A DNA stretch of 63,153 bases, the filler included, from Thraustochytrium aureum (taxonomy: Eukaryota), in assembly GCA_012862495.1 (NCBI GenBank). It is 3 parts of 3 records of this genome, joined end to end, with 100 filler letters (N's around TTAATTAATTAA, not from the genome) between each part and the next. Parts side by side here need not be neighbours in the genome. Positions count along the whole stretch, not along the records: positions 1 to 19,280 come from BLSG01000142.1; 2 more parts are not named here. The stretch is one strand, 5' to 3'. Below are positions 1 through 11,554 of this stretch, piece after piece. The translations under genes were made by a program, and so were the position numbers. Within the stretch, counting starts at the first letter, position 1. Every line of letters begins with the position of its first letter. The notes beneath the pieces were generated by a model. It saw only the letters and a list, made by a program, of their open reading frames with translations, was not told the origin of the DNA and ran no database searches.

Positions 1-72
1 GATTGGTCTGGTGCATCCAAGGCTTCGCGTCTTTGTTCCGGAAGCTACGTATCTGGCTCGGGGAGGACCGGG

Positions 73-1660
73 ATGTCCGGGAGGACGGCGGCGATGCTCG
101 CGAGCGCGTGGGCGCGAAACGCGGCCAGGGCGCGAGGCGGCGCGATGGCCGCTGCTGGCCTGGCCGTAGGCGCTACCGGGGTTGTTGTGGGCTGCTCGGT
201 TGACGCCAAGACGGACATGCCGCGCTGGATGGCGTGGCGAAGTGACGCTCTGCGCCTCGCCGGGAGCTTGGCGCGCGTGGCCTACGCCGACGAAGGACCA
301 GGGGAGCTGGCCCGAACCGGTGGAGAACTGGTCGGGGACGCACTCGTGCCAGGTGCGGCGCATCATGCGGCCGGCCTCGCTCAGCGAGGTGCAGGAGATC
401 GTGGCCAACCTGGGGCAGCGCAAGCTGCGCGTCCTCGGGTCGGGCCTATCGCCGAACGGCATCGCCTTCACCGACACGTACTTGCTATCGATGGAGAAAA
501 TGGACCGCATTCTCGCGGTCGACAAGAAGCGCAAGCAGATCACCGTCGAGGCGGGCGCTCTGGTCGGTGACGTGCTAGAGGAGCTCAAGGCGCACGGCCT
601 GACGGCTGGCCAACCTGGCCTCGATCAACCAGCAGCAGATCGGGGGCTTCATACAAGTCGGAGCCCACGGCACTGGCGCCACTTTGCCGCCGGTCGAGGA
701 GCAGGTCGTGCGCATGCAGGTCGTCTGCCCGGGCCTTGGGACGATCGAGCTTTCGCGCGAGCAAGAGCCGGAGTGGTTCAAGTACGCCAAGCTAGGCCTC
801 GGGAGCTTTGGCGTGGTCACACAGGTGACCTTGCAGTGCGTGGACGCGCACAAGCTCAAGGAGGACACGGTGGTCATGTCCCGCGCCGAGGTCCGCAAGG
901 GCCACGCCGCGCGGCTCCGCAACAACAAGCACGTTAGGTACATGTGGATCCCTTACACGGACAGCGCCGTCGTGGTGACGAGCAACCCGGTCCCCAACTC
1001 GACCGCGTCGACCCCGCAGCCGACGCCTGAGGAGCACGCGCGCAACGTCAAGGCCATGGTGGAACTCTTGCGGGAGGCGGACGCTGAGAACCCCGGGGGG
1101 CTGCTCGAGTTTGGCGGTGTCCCCAAATCCGTCGAGCGGCTCGGATTCGGCGAGCTCCGCGACTGGCTGCTCAAGGCAGGCAACGGCTCGCTCGACACGG
1201 CACACGTTCGTCGGACCAACGAGGCAGAGCTCGAGTATTGGCGGAGCGCGCAGTGCAAGGGCGCGGTGGACGAATCGTTCAACGTGCTCGCGTTCGACTG
1301 TGGCGGCCAGCAGCTCGTCCACGAGGTAGCTCTGCCGTGCGGCACGCGTTCCAAGCCGGACGAGCGAGAGCTTGACTTTGTTGAGCGGCTCCTGGACGCT
1401 ATCGAGGCCAGCGAGTACCCGGCCCCGGCCCCCATCGAGCAGCGATGGAGCTGCGGGAGCACGGCCCCGCTCAGCCCGGCCTCGGCGCTGCCGGGGGAAG
1501 AGAACGCGGCCCCGCCAGACGAGCAGCTGCACTCGTGGGTCGGAATTATCATGTACCTGCCGACCAAGGACCGCTGGTCGCGCGTGGCCTCGGAGAACAG
1601 TTTTACGGTACAAGCGCTTGGTGGACGAGGTCGCTCGCGAGGGTGACTTTCAGCTTGCCA
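73..1660 (+). CDS. GLDH: L-galactono-1,4-lactone dehydrogenase (mitochondrial FAD oxidoreductase); 3' end lost in gap; apparent frameshifts near 310, 607 and 1605
   Basis: Joining frames gives an Arg/Ala-rich targeting-like N-terminus, then VENWSGTH, GSGLSPNG, LANLASINQQQIGGFIQVGAHGTG, GLGSFGVV, FDCGGQQLV, PAPAPIEQRW and SWVGIIMYLP, all typical of GLDH. Confidence 0.9.
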
Positions 1661-3292
1661 NNNNNNNNNNNNNNNNNNNNNNNNNNNNNNNNNNNNNNNN
1701 NNNNNNNNNNNNNNNNNNNNNNNNNNNNNNNNNNNNNNNNNNNNNNNNNNNNNNNNNNNNNNNNNNNNNNNNNNNNNNNNNNNNNNNNNNNNNNNNNNNN
1801 NNNNNNNNNNNNNNNNNNNNNNNNNNNNNNNNNNNNNNNNNNNNNNNNNNNNNNNNNNNNNNNNNNNNNNNNNNNNNNNNNNNNNNNNNNNNNNNNNNNN
1901 NNNNNNNNNNNNNNNNNNNNNNNNNNNNNNNNNNNNNNNNNNNNNNNNNNNNNNNNNNNNNNNNNNNNNNNNNNNNNNNNNNNNNNNNNNNNNNNNNNNN
2001 NNNNNNNNNNNNNNNNNNNNNNNNNNNNNNNNNNNNNNNNNNNNNNNNNNNNNNNNNNNNNNNNNNNNNNNNNNNNNNNNNNNNNNNNNNNNNNNNNNNN
2101 NNNNNNNNNNNNNNNNNNNNNNNNNNNNNNNNNNNNNNNNNNNNNNNNNNNNNNNNNNNNNNNNNNNNNNNNNTACCAACACGAGCTCAAGAGCTGAGGT
2201 GCCGCCTCTAACGGTCGACGGGCTTCGGGTTGTTGGGTACGTAGTCTTAGTCTATAGAGCAACTCTACTGGGCATGATGATGTACCCGCCGAGGCCACGA
2301 TGCTCGCCTCCGCGGACGGCTGCGCGGCGGGATTGGAGCAGGCCGCGACTCTTGCTTGCGCCATTGTGGCGCTGTTCTGTGGAACGTTTTTCTCCTGCCA
2401 AGCGCGCGGCTTTCGCGGCTTTCCTGCGCGCGGCGCGGTGGATCCTGTTGCGATGATGCCGATCAGCGCGGCAAGAATGCGCCACCTGGTGTGAACGGAC
2501 TCGTCTGCTGCAGGCATGCAGGTACTCACTCACTCACTAGCACCTTGCCTTCTGGCTGGAGACTCGAGCCTGGTGCGGGTAGATCACAGTGGGAGTGCTC
2601 AGCCGGCCGGCGCGGCGAAGCGGGCTGGCGTGCTAGTAGGCGGTGGTGGCGGTCAGAAAACGAACGCAAAGCGCACCAGGGCCCACTCGATCGAACTCAG
2701 CCTCCAGCCGGGCAGACCAGTAGCGAGGAAGGGAACACTTTCGTTCCCTGAAGCCGTGACTCGCAACGGAATAGAGCATATTCATCGACTCGAAGCAGTT
2801 CAGCACATGGACGCCAACTTGAAGGATCAAGTTGGGGCAAAACAGGATCAACTCCTTGTGCTGTGAGGGCTCTGGAGACTCGAGAGCATAGCAAACAGGC
2901 GTCTGACCGGCTGCCGCGAAGCACTTGCTCTACGCACCATTCCGAGTCTTGTCGGCGGGCAGGCCGCATCGAGGATCAAGAGCAGGGATCTTGTTTGGCT
3001 GCTGCGCACTGGCGTGGCTGGCGATCTCGGTTTGGGCCAACTCGGCAGGCGCTCTATAGCTTGAAGCCATCCGCAAAGACCAAGCTTTGAGACGTGTCTC
3101 AGCCTGAGCAGACGGCTCGAACGGGGAAGCCGGCAACACGTTCGCGCCGGTCACCGAAGCACGAGCTGTTGAGCAGTTGAGTAGAGCCCTCTACTACTCT
3201 CTGGAGGCAGCCAGCCCACGTTGGCCTTCGCCATCACTCCAACAACAAATCCCTAATACCAGATCGCAAGCGACACACCACGTCCAAGCAAG

Positions 3293-4021
3293 GTGCTGCA
3301 ACAGCAAGCTATCGCCCGAGCGCTGAGGAACCAACTCGATGGGGAGGCCGGGGTCTTGCGACCAAACCTCGATAAAGCACAGCGAAAAGACAATAACCGA
3401 AACGCGAAGCGAGCAACCAAACCCGACGGCGACGCGCTCGATCTGCAAACCAGTGACGGGCCAGAACGCGGAATGGCGAGAGACCCCCGTTTACTTGCCT
3501 ACGTGAACAGGTTCTCAACGGCGAAAACGATGGCGTGGCTCGAGGAGGTCAAGCGCGTTCGGCGGCGCAGCGAAGCAGCGGCGAGCGACCCAGCGAGCCG
3601 CTGCACGACCCCTGACCCAAGCGAGCAGGACATGAGCGCGAGTGCGAGCTCGAGCCAAACCCCGCGTGGCGGACCAGCGAAACAAACGTTCGTCGCGGCC
3701 AAATCGGCGAGCAAAGCGCGAGAACAGCTGCGCATCCTTCACGAACTCGGGGCGCTTGAGCAGCTTCCCCAAAAGCGGAATCGCCCGGCGCGCTGGGTCC
3801 CGCTCGCGCCTGCCTCAACGACCGAGGCGGCACAAGCTCGCGCCGCACTGCGCCGCTGCGCGGCGCTCCGAGCCAAGCCGCGCGCCCCGCGCGGCTATGG
3901 CGAGCCCAAGTACGTGACAGCCGGCGCTGAGATTCGCTGGGCGGACGAGTTTGACCCTGAGCTTGACGCGTTCCTGAGCAGCGTCCTGCCGGTGCGCAAG
4001 CGCCGCCGGCGCGAGGGCTGA
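3293..4021 (+). CDS. hypothetical protein (start uncertain; first in-frame ATG at 3473)
   Basis: 242-codon ORF with plausible composition, convergent with the next gene; no recognisable domain. Confidence 0.35.
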   Translation: MLQQQAIARALRNQLDGEAGVLRPNLDKAQRKDNNRNAKRATKPDGDALDLQTSDGPERGMARDPRLLAYVNRFSTAKTMAWLEEVKRVRRRSEAAASDPASRCTTPDPSEQDMSASASSSQTPRGGPAKQTFVAAKSASKAREQLRILHELGALEQLPQKRNRPARWVPLAPASTTEAAQARAALRRCAALRAKPRAPRGYGEPKYVTAGAEIRWADEFDPELDAFLSSVLPVRKRRRREG

Positions 4022-4137
4022 GCAGCGCAAGCAGAGCGGCAGCAGCGCGCGGGGCAGCCGGCAGCAAGCCGCACTATAGGCGTATGCAGGAAGAAAAACA
4101 TTTGTACATACTCTACGCGAACGGAGCCCGCTGTGAG

Positions 4138-4887
4138 CTAGCTCGAGGTCCCTGGGGCGGCTCGGTCGTGCCGGGCTTTGCGGAGCTCGTCGTACTTTTG
4201 CAGCACGCGCGCGCGCATCGCCTCCAGCTGCAGCTTTTCATAATCAGACTTGGCGGCCTTGCCGGCTGGCGCCACTACGCTGGCCTGCGCGGAGAAGCTC
4301 AGCTTGGCGAACCGCGCGCGGTCGTTGGGCGTCTCTTTGCGCTGCTTGAGCGCGTGCGCCGCAGTAAACTCGGGCGGGGCGTCCGCGCGGTCGCCCAACG
4401 CTCGGGGCGGCTCCGACTTGTACACCTTGCGCTCTTTCTCGTCGAGGTCATCTTCCGCATCGGCCCGCGCCCGTTTCCGCGACTTTATCTTTTCTTTCTT
4501 TGCGGCCAGCTTCTCCTTGCCGCGCGCCGCCGTGCGAGTCGACTGCTTTGTGACGCGATTAACCTGGGCCTGCGTCTCAGCTCCGATGCGCAGGTTAAAG
4601 TCGCGAAGAGACTCGCCCGGGCGCCTTCCCTCAAGCTTGAACGTGGTGCTCAGCTTGTCCCTGTTCGCTTTGCGGCCGTTTCGGATCAGCTCCAGCCGAC
4701 TCTTCTGCGCTGGGTCAATGGGGGCGCCATTCGCGTCAAACTTGACGATCATCGAGCGCTTCTTCGACTTTGACTCGTGCTTGAGCCGGGCCACGGTCAC
4801 CGGATCGTCGTGCACTTCGTCGCTCTGGTGGAGGTTGTCCACGTCGAACGTGCGTTTCGCCCGCTTGTACCGCGCAACGCGCCCCAT
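4138..4887 (-). CDS. CCDC137-like basic coiled-coil (probably nucleolar) protein
   Basis: ATG-started 249-aa Lys/Arg-rich ORF with GRRPGESLRDFNLRI, GDRADAPPEF and LEAMRARVLQKYDELRK, resembling CCDC137 family blocks. Confidence 0.6.
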   Translation of the reverse strand: MGRVARYKRAKRTFDVDNLHQSDEVHDDPVTVARLKHESKSKKRSMIVKFDANGAPIDPAQKSRLELIRNGRKANRDKLSTTFKLEGRRPGESLRDFNLRIGAETQAQVNRVTKQSTRTAARGKEKLAAKKEKIKSRKRARADAEDDLDEKERKVYKSEPPRALGDRADAPPEFTAAHALKQRKETPNDRARFAKLSFSAQASVVAPAGKAAKSDYEKLQLEAMRARVLQKYDELRKARHDRAAPGTSS

Positions 4888-5155
4888 TCTCGCGACCTCC
4901 TCCGAGAGCTCGCCGCCGCTTGCTCACTTGCGTGGCGCCTTGCGTTCTACCGCCTCGTCCTGCGCGCGTCCGACTCGATGCCAACTTCGGGCTCTGCACT
5001 CGCGATGCTCGCGATGGTTGGTTGCTTGTTGGCGCCGCTGGTACCTTAACCTTGAGAGGAAAAAACAACTGTGCGCCAAGGTGCGGTTAAGGCGGCCCGG
5101 CCGACGCCCGACGACGAGGCTGCTGCCTTCGGTCGCCGGCGGGCGCCCAGCCACT

Positions 5156-5659
5156 TCAGCTGGCGTGCAGCAGGGCCTCGTCGGCCAGGGGGTTGGCGTG
5201 GATTGTAACGCGCTCGATGGTGATCGGCTGGTCGGGTCGGTGCTTTTTGCCGACGGGGACGCGCTCCATGGCGTCGAGGACCTCCGCGCCGCCGATGATT
5301 CGCCCGAATGCGGTGTAGACGTCGTCCAGGTGGGGCTGTGCTGCGTACGTGAAGAAGAACTGGGACCCGTTCGTGTTTGGGCCGCGGTTGGCCATGCTCA
5401 GCACGCCGCGGCGGTCGTGGCGCAGCAGCTCGTGAAACTGGTCGTCAAACTTGCCACCCCAGACGCATTCGCCGCCCTTTCCCTTGCCCGTCGGGTCCCC
5501 GCCTTGCACCATAAACCCTGCCATGTTGCGGTGGAACGTCAGCCCGTCATAGTACCCAGCCGCCGCGAGCGCAAGAAAGTTGAAGCACGTCTTGGGCACC
5601 AAATCGCAGGCCAGTTCGACCTTGAGGTCCCCGAGGCTCGTGTGCAGCGTGGCCGACAT
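5156..5659 (-). CDS. PPIL3: cyclophilin-type peptidyl-prolyl isomerase, PPIL3/Cyp10 class
   Basis: MSATLHTSLGDLKVEL, FHRNMAGFMVQGGDPTGKGKGG, SMANRGPNTNGSQFFFTY and C-terminal VTIHANPLA. Confidence 0.9.
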   Translation of the reverse strand: MSATLHTSLGDLKVELACDLVPKTCFNFLALAAAGYYDGLTFHRNMAGFMVQGGDPTGKGKGGECVWGGKFDDQFHELLRHDRRGVLSMANRGPNTNGSQFFFTYAAQPHLDDVYTAFGRIIGGAEVLDAMERVPVGKKHRPDQPITIERVTIHANPLADEALLHAS

Positions 5660-6379
5660 CTCAGTCGTCGGGCCAAAGCGGCCAGGGGCGACCTCTGCTC
5701 GCGGAGAACGTCCAACCGCCACGGACCGTGCGGCAGCGCGCGGCCAGGCCTGTGCGCTCGGTCTTCCAGACGACTTGAAGTCGATTGAATTGGTCGTTGG
5801 CCATTTTCATCATATTTTCATCGAGGAACAGTTCTTCGATCGCTCCCTCGCGGAAGCTTCGCGAGCCTCCATCTGCCTGCGCGCGTGCACACCAATCGAG
5901 TCGGACAAGCCCTTTTTTTTCTTTTTTTCGTCCAGAAACGAGACCGACCCTCTTGGCCAGTTTGAACACGCTCCTGGCCACAAGCGCGCGTGACGGTGAC
6001 GGCATGCCATGCCATGTGGATGCCGCCGTGTCCATGAGCAACGGGACACGAGAGGCGGCTGCGAAAGATGCTCGTGCCTCGGAGTCGGGCAGTGGGCAGG
6101 CAGAGTTTTGTGACATTCACACGCCGCTGGCCTCCTCCCTGTGTCCAGGCCGCTCCACGGATGTGTGAAGGCCCCCCGCTCACAAGGGCCTGTGAGGACG
6201 GCCGTGCACGTGGCAGCGCTTTCGGTCAAGCCAGCGTGGCGGCTCTCGAGCTGGCACCACACTATCATCGCAGCTGAAGCAGGCAGCTGAAGCAGGCCGC
6301 TGCAGCTGCAGCTGGAGCAGACAGACACCACCGCTGCCCGACAGACCCCAATCGCATCCAACAGACGCCTCGTGCTCGT

Positions 6380-6409
<30 letters not shown>
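6380..6409 (+). repeat. (AGC)10 microsatellite in the ankyrin gene 5' leader
   Basis: Perfect trinucleotide run read directly. Confidence 0.9.
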
Positions 6410-6410
<1 letters not shown>

Positions 6411-6439
6411 GAAAGCTCGCGAAGGAGGAGGAGAAGAAA

Positions 6440-6889
6440 ATGTCGGGGCTGGACCTGTGCGAGTGCGCGGCGGAGGGCGACGTGGACGGGGTTCGCACGC
6501 TGCTGCACAAGAAGAACGTGAACGTCAACTCGCGCGACGAGTCGAACTGGACGGCGTTGCACAACGCTTGCTACAACGGCGACACGGACATGATCATGCT
6601 GCTGCTGACGCAGGACGGCGTGGACGTGAACGCGACGGACAACTCTGGCACCACGCCGTTCATGAACGCCGCGCTGTCCGGCAACCTCGAGGCCGTGCGC
6701 ATGATGCTGTCGGCCAACATCGACATCAAGAAGAAGGACAACAACGGCAAGATGGCCATGGACTACGCCAAGGAGCGCGGCGTGGAGGACGTGTACAAAC
6801 TGGTGAAGAAGGAGACCAGCTTGGCCATGAAGGTCAAGAAGGGCGCCGCGCGGCTTTCGCAGCGCATGACGGGCTCGCGCAAAAAGTGA
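6440..6889 (+). CDS. small ankyrin-repeat protein (3-4 repeats)
   Basis: WTALHNACYNGD, GTTPFMNAALSGNLEAV and GKMAMDYA; strongly G/C-ending codons. Confidence 0.9.
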   Translation: MSGLDLCECAAEGDVDGVRTLLHKKNVNVNSRDESNWTALHNACYNGDTDMIMLLLTQDGVDVNATDNSGTTPFMNAALSGNLEAVRMMLSANIDIKKKDNNGKMAMDYAKERGVEDVYKLVKKETSLAMKVKKGAARLSQRMTGSRKK

Positions 6890-6945
6890 TTGCGGCGCTG
6901 CAGCTTCGATGACCATAGGCGCTTTGCGTAGAGTTGAGCATGTTT

Positions 6946-7151
6946 CCTAATCACCTTTGATTTTCGCTTACCCGCTACCCCGCCGCGACGCTCCGCTTGA
7001 TGCGTCACATCAGAGCATATTCTGCTCGGCCGAGCCAACCGCATGATCCCTAATCACCTTTGATTTTCGCTTACCCGCTACCCCGCCGCGACGCTCCGCT
7101 TGAAGCGTCGCATCAGAGCATATTCTGCTCGGCCGAGCCAACCGCATGATC
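6946..7151. repeat. 103-bp tandem duplication (6946-7048 and 7049-7151)
   Basis: Two adjacent copies of cctaatcacctttg...ccgcatgatc that differ at 2 positions. Confidence 0.95.
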
Positions 7152-9219
7152 TGCGCTCCGAGCAGCCTGCCAAGCAAACCACTCGGCCACCGCCCGGCTC
7201 TTGTTGTAGGCATTGAACGAGACGCTGCCCTCGCGCTCAGCCAAGACGTCAGGCGTGATCGTGCTCCAGTGGTCCGCAACGACGATGCGAGCGAGGTCCA
7301 CAAAGGCCCAGTGGAACTGGTCCCGAAACACCGCGGCAGGCAGCAAGTCTAGGGCAGCCTGAGGCGTGGCCACGAGGCCAAACTCGACCGCGGCACCCAC
7401 AAAGGCGCTGTGGTAGGCGTTCAGGTACGCGTCCAGCGCCTCGCCCTCGTCCACTGGAACCGCCTCTGCACTGGCAGAGGCGGCAATGCAGTATGCGACG
7501 TCGACGGCGCCCAAACCACCGCCAGACCACTGCATGTCGATCACTCCCACTTGAGGCAGCTGCCCTGGCGAGTCAGCGGCGCGAAAGAAAAAGTTTGGCG
7601 CTTTGGGGTCCCCGTGCACGATCGTGCGGTACGCCGCGCCTGGCCAGGCCGACGCCGGAAGCGAGGCCGCCGCGCCGCTCGGCGATAGAGTGACACCGTG
7701 CGAGCGCTCGGAAGCTCTGACGGCCAGCGACCGGAGCGCGGCCCCGAGCCTGTCGCCCGCGCTCTGGAAGNNNNNNNNNNNNNNNNNNNNNNNNNNNNNN
7801 NNNNNNNNNNNNNNNNNNNNNNNNNNNNNNNNNNNNNNNNNNNNNNNNNNNNNNNNNNNNNNNNNNNNNNNNNNNNNNNNNNNNNNNNNNNNNNNNNNNN
7901 NNNNNNNNNNNNNNNNNNGGGCGCAATCGCAGCCGGCAGGCTACGCTCTGCTTGTAGCGTACGGCTTCCGATTCGCGCGCCTCGAACGAGGCCACCGCGC
8001 CGGGGTCGCCGCAAATTAGCCGCCCCAGCTCCGCGGCGGTCAGCAGCGCGCCGTCCACGTCCCGTGCGATGTCGAGAGCCTGCAATTCGCTTGCATCGCT
8101 CGGAGAAAGGCCCAGCGGCTGGAGCTTGGAGGCTAGTTCCTGGCATCCAGCAGTGCGGATGCGCTTGCACAGCTCGTCGTGCGTATAGCCCGCCACGCTT
8201 GCAAAGGTAGCCGAAGTGGCCACTACAGGCAGAGAATGTGCTGTCTCGGACGCGGCAGAGTGCTCGATTGGAGACGCCGCGAGCGTGGTCATTTTGCCCC
8301 CCGCAGCGTGCAGTAGTGCCTCCGTCGCGCACGTGTCCCACAAGCTGGCGCCGAGGTTGAACAAGGTCGCGTCGGCTTGGCCCGTCAGAAGGCGCAAGGT
8401 CTTGTTCCCGCACCCTCCAGCAGTGATGCCCACCCCCCCGAGCACCTGTTTCGTGGCCACGAGGATCGGCCGCGTGAGTGTCTTGGAGTGCGCAAGGACG
8501 ATCGTGTCCGCAGGGCTCGTTCTGTAAAACGGACCGCGGCGTCGCTCTGGTGCTGCACGCCGCCGTCCGGGAGCCCGCGTAGACCAGCCCCCTGGACTCC
8601 GGTCAGCACGACGCCTCGCGCAGAAGAGATCGGGACGCACGTAGCGCCGATGGTCCCGTCATGGAACGGAAGCCCGACTACGCCGGCGATGGCTCTGCCG
8701 CGCCAGGCGAGACCCAGAAGCGTCTGCACGGACGAGAGCCTCCCCTCGACGAATTCGCGCGTCCCGTCCACGGGATCTACGAAAAGACACAACTCGTCGA
8801 TCCGCACTTCGTCCAGCTCTGGGTCGATCTCGTCGGGCTCGGGGACAAGGCCTTGGCTCGCGAGGTGCAGGCCGGCGGCCGTGGCGGCGCAACCCGCCTG
8901 CGAGGGCCTCGGCCTCGTTGTTCTCCTCTTCCTCGCCCACGATCGCCAGCCCGGGGAACGTTGCGCGCAGCTTGTCCACGACCAGCTTTTGCGCGCGTAC
9001 GTCCGCGACGGTCAAGTACGACCTCGAGTCGGTCGGGTCCTTGAGCTCAGCGCCAAGCGCCGCGGCCGCGGCCGCCGCGCCGCCCTCGGCGGCCTTCTCC
9101 CTGAGCAAGTGCACCTGCCGGATCACCTCTGCTGCCTCCACGGCGACAACCGCGAGCTCCCGCACAAGGGCAGCAACGAGCGGTCGCCCCGTTTTCGCCA
9201 TCCCGACGTCGTCGCCCAT
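7113..9219 (-). CDS. inositol monophosphatase/BPNT-family phosphatase fused to an APH/ecdysteroid-kinase-like kinase; internal gap 7771-7918; frameshifts near 8905 and 8527
   Basis: LTVAD, IVGEEE, FVDPVDGTREF, GGCGNK and WDTCATEALL are FIG-superfamily motifs. After the gap, VHGDPKAPNFFF and VIDMQW are the catalytic-loop and metal-binding motifs of APH/choline-kinase-like enzymes. Confidence 0.75.
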
Positions 9220-9676
9220 TCCCGCGTTTGCGATCGGCCTCGCAAGCCACGACGCGCAGAACAATGCAGGGAAAACGCGTACCACTGCGAGCTCGCAGGC
9301 CTCCAAGCTCCAAGCGCAAGCACGTCGCCGCGTTGTGATCGGCCGGTCCTCGACGCAATGCGAGTCTGCACGCCGTTTCCCAACTCCAATTTCTCCTGGT
9401 TGAAATCAATCCTTCAATCCGTCACTCTTGTCGATCGCTGGCGGCCAAGGCGTTTGCTGGCAGTTCGCCATCGCCTCGGCGCAGGAGCGAGTGCGCGAAG
9501 GCCTCCAAGCGCGAGTCCAGTGAACGCAGCGCAAGCTTTGCGAGGAAAGCGTTCGCAGGCCCGAACCGTTGTGCTTGCAGCCTGGATGATCTCTCTCTCT
9601 CGCCAGAGCGGAAGCTGGTGAGCGACCTCCGCTTTCGACCCACTGGCCACCCCTGCACATTCCGGCAAACCAGGGC

Positions 9677-10268
9677 GAGTACTCGTTCGCCAAAGGATCA
9701 TCGACCTCGCCGCATCAAGAGCGAGCAAGTTCTCACGCGCTGAGGAGTACTCGTTCGCCAAAGAGTCAATCGCTCTGACCCAGCGCACTGGCGAGCACGA
9801 GCATGCCGCCCATGCAGTTCGCCAAAGAATCGCTTTCGCCTCGCGCAGGAGCGAGGAATGCGAGAAGGCCGGGAGGCCCACGAGTCGGTTTTGGAAGTGA
9901 GGCGCGCGAGCGAGGACTCAGTTCTCGAGTACCCTACTCTACTCTACTCTACTAGCTCTGCCTACATACGAGTTCGCGCAAGAATGAGCGAGCGCTTCAG
10001 CGGTGCAGGGTTGAGAAGTGTAAGAGTAGGTCTATGCTCCGCTTTGTGGAGCAGTTCGCCTCAGAGCTGCCGCATGCGCTTCGATAGTGTTTAGTTCGCC
10101 CATGCGCGAAAGGCCAACGCAGCACGTCACTGATTTCAGCTGCTCGAGTACTTGCTGTTGCGTCGGTATTTCGACATGATTCGGGCCGGAGTGAGCACAC
10201 GAGCCCGCGCCGATTGCACCTTCCGGGAATGCGGAAGGCGCAGGGGCGGCCTGTTCGCTTTGGCGAAC
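9677..10268. repeat. dispersed GTTCGCCAAAG motif (3 direct copies plus 1 inverted)
   Basis: Direct copies at 9685, 9753 and 9817 (the first two extend to GAGTACTCGTTCGCCAAAG); reverse complement at 10258-10268. Confidence 0.8.
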
Positions 10269-11554
10269 ACGGCCGAGTCCGCCAGTTGCTCTGCGCGGGC
10301 ACCAGGGTTTAGTGCCGTCCTTGCTGAGCACAAGCCGCTTGACTGGGACGGAAAGGGACGCCTCGCCTTCGTTAGCCTCTCGATTTCAACTGTCAGCTCA
10401 ACCGGCCACGCGTTAAGGGAACCATCGCGAGCAGAGAGCGTGCTCCAGAGCGGAAGGTGCCCTAACGGCGCTCGTCAAGGCGGTCTCTGTCGCGGCGGCA
10501 CCTCCAGGGCACAAGTCCGCCGCCCCATGCCTGCGCGGTCCGAACAAGGCCGGGCTCGTCGTGATGGGAGGGTGTTTGGAATCAAGTGAGAAGCAAGATC
10601 AAGCGCCTGGCCGTGAAGCAGGCCCTCGTCAGCTACTCGCACAGCCGCGCCGTCGACGAGTCGAGCAGCAGCAATTGTTGTTGTGTCAGCACAAGACGCG
10701 CACGCAGATACCAAGCTGCCTGCGCGTTCGCCAGAGGATCTCTCGCTGCACAAGCAATTCTTGCCTGTGGGACTCGAAACAAACGCTGAGCTGTCCACTT
10801 TGGCGCTCGCACAGCGTGCCCCAGGGACCTCGCCAGGGCAAACACGGCCCCGACTTGGCGCAGGGGCCGGCCATACATAGGCCTGCAGACGGGCGAAGAA
10901 TGTGATGGCGCTCTTGACGCTCTCCACCCACCAGTGGCCGGCTGGCTGGCTGGCTGGCTACAAACGAGAAGTATCCGTTGGGCTGGAAGGAGTTCCGTTG
11001 AACTGACGCGATTGCCGGCGTCGGCTGTCGCCGAAGCGCCCGAAGCGCCCCAAGCGCCCCAAGCGCGAGCCGGCCACCGGTTTGAAACGAGGAGCGGTGC
11101 TATTGTGACGACATAGACTCGACGCGCGTTGCCTGGTTGAGCTGGATGGCGGCGTCGCTTTTTGTCGATTGTTGCAGGACTGGTGCTGGGCATCTGAATT
11201 CTGAATTTTTCCGTGAGCGCTACCACTCAACCGACACGAACTGACAGCGGCGTGCTGAGGGCGGCGTGCAGCACATCTGACTAATCTTGGCTTACTTGGT
11301 TGCTTGCTGGGAAGGGCAGAGCCGTGCGGCCTGTCTGCAGGAAGCGGCCTCTTCCTGCAGTGAGGTTTGCTCCATGCGTTTTCATGAATGAAAACCGTGT
11401 CGTCGCCCTCGCCGAGCATTTATTCGTTTGAGTGCGACCATCCAGCGGCAGAGCACAAGCCAAGTGCGCCGCAGGCTCCACAGCCTGGGCAGCGCTGTTC
11501 GCGCACACGCGAGTTGAGCACGTCGCGTTGGCTCGGCTACGGGCGGCGAGCGAC

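Noticed and set aside
4250..5788. 512-aa plus-strand ORF and similar long antisense ORFs (22174-23583, 40189-41238)
   Set aside because: Shadow ORFs of real genes in GC-rich DNA with no recognisable motifs.
9677..9827. Mini CRISPR array
   Set aside because: Repeats are only 11-19 bp in three copies, there are no cas genes, and the context is eukaryotic.
10150..11430. Short ORFs between the fusion gene and the cyclase
   Set aside because: No motifs or evident codon bias; treated as intergenic.
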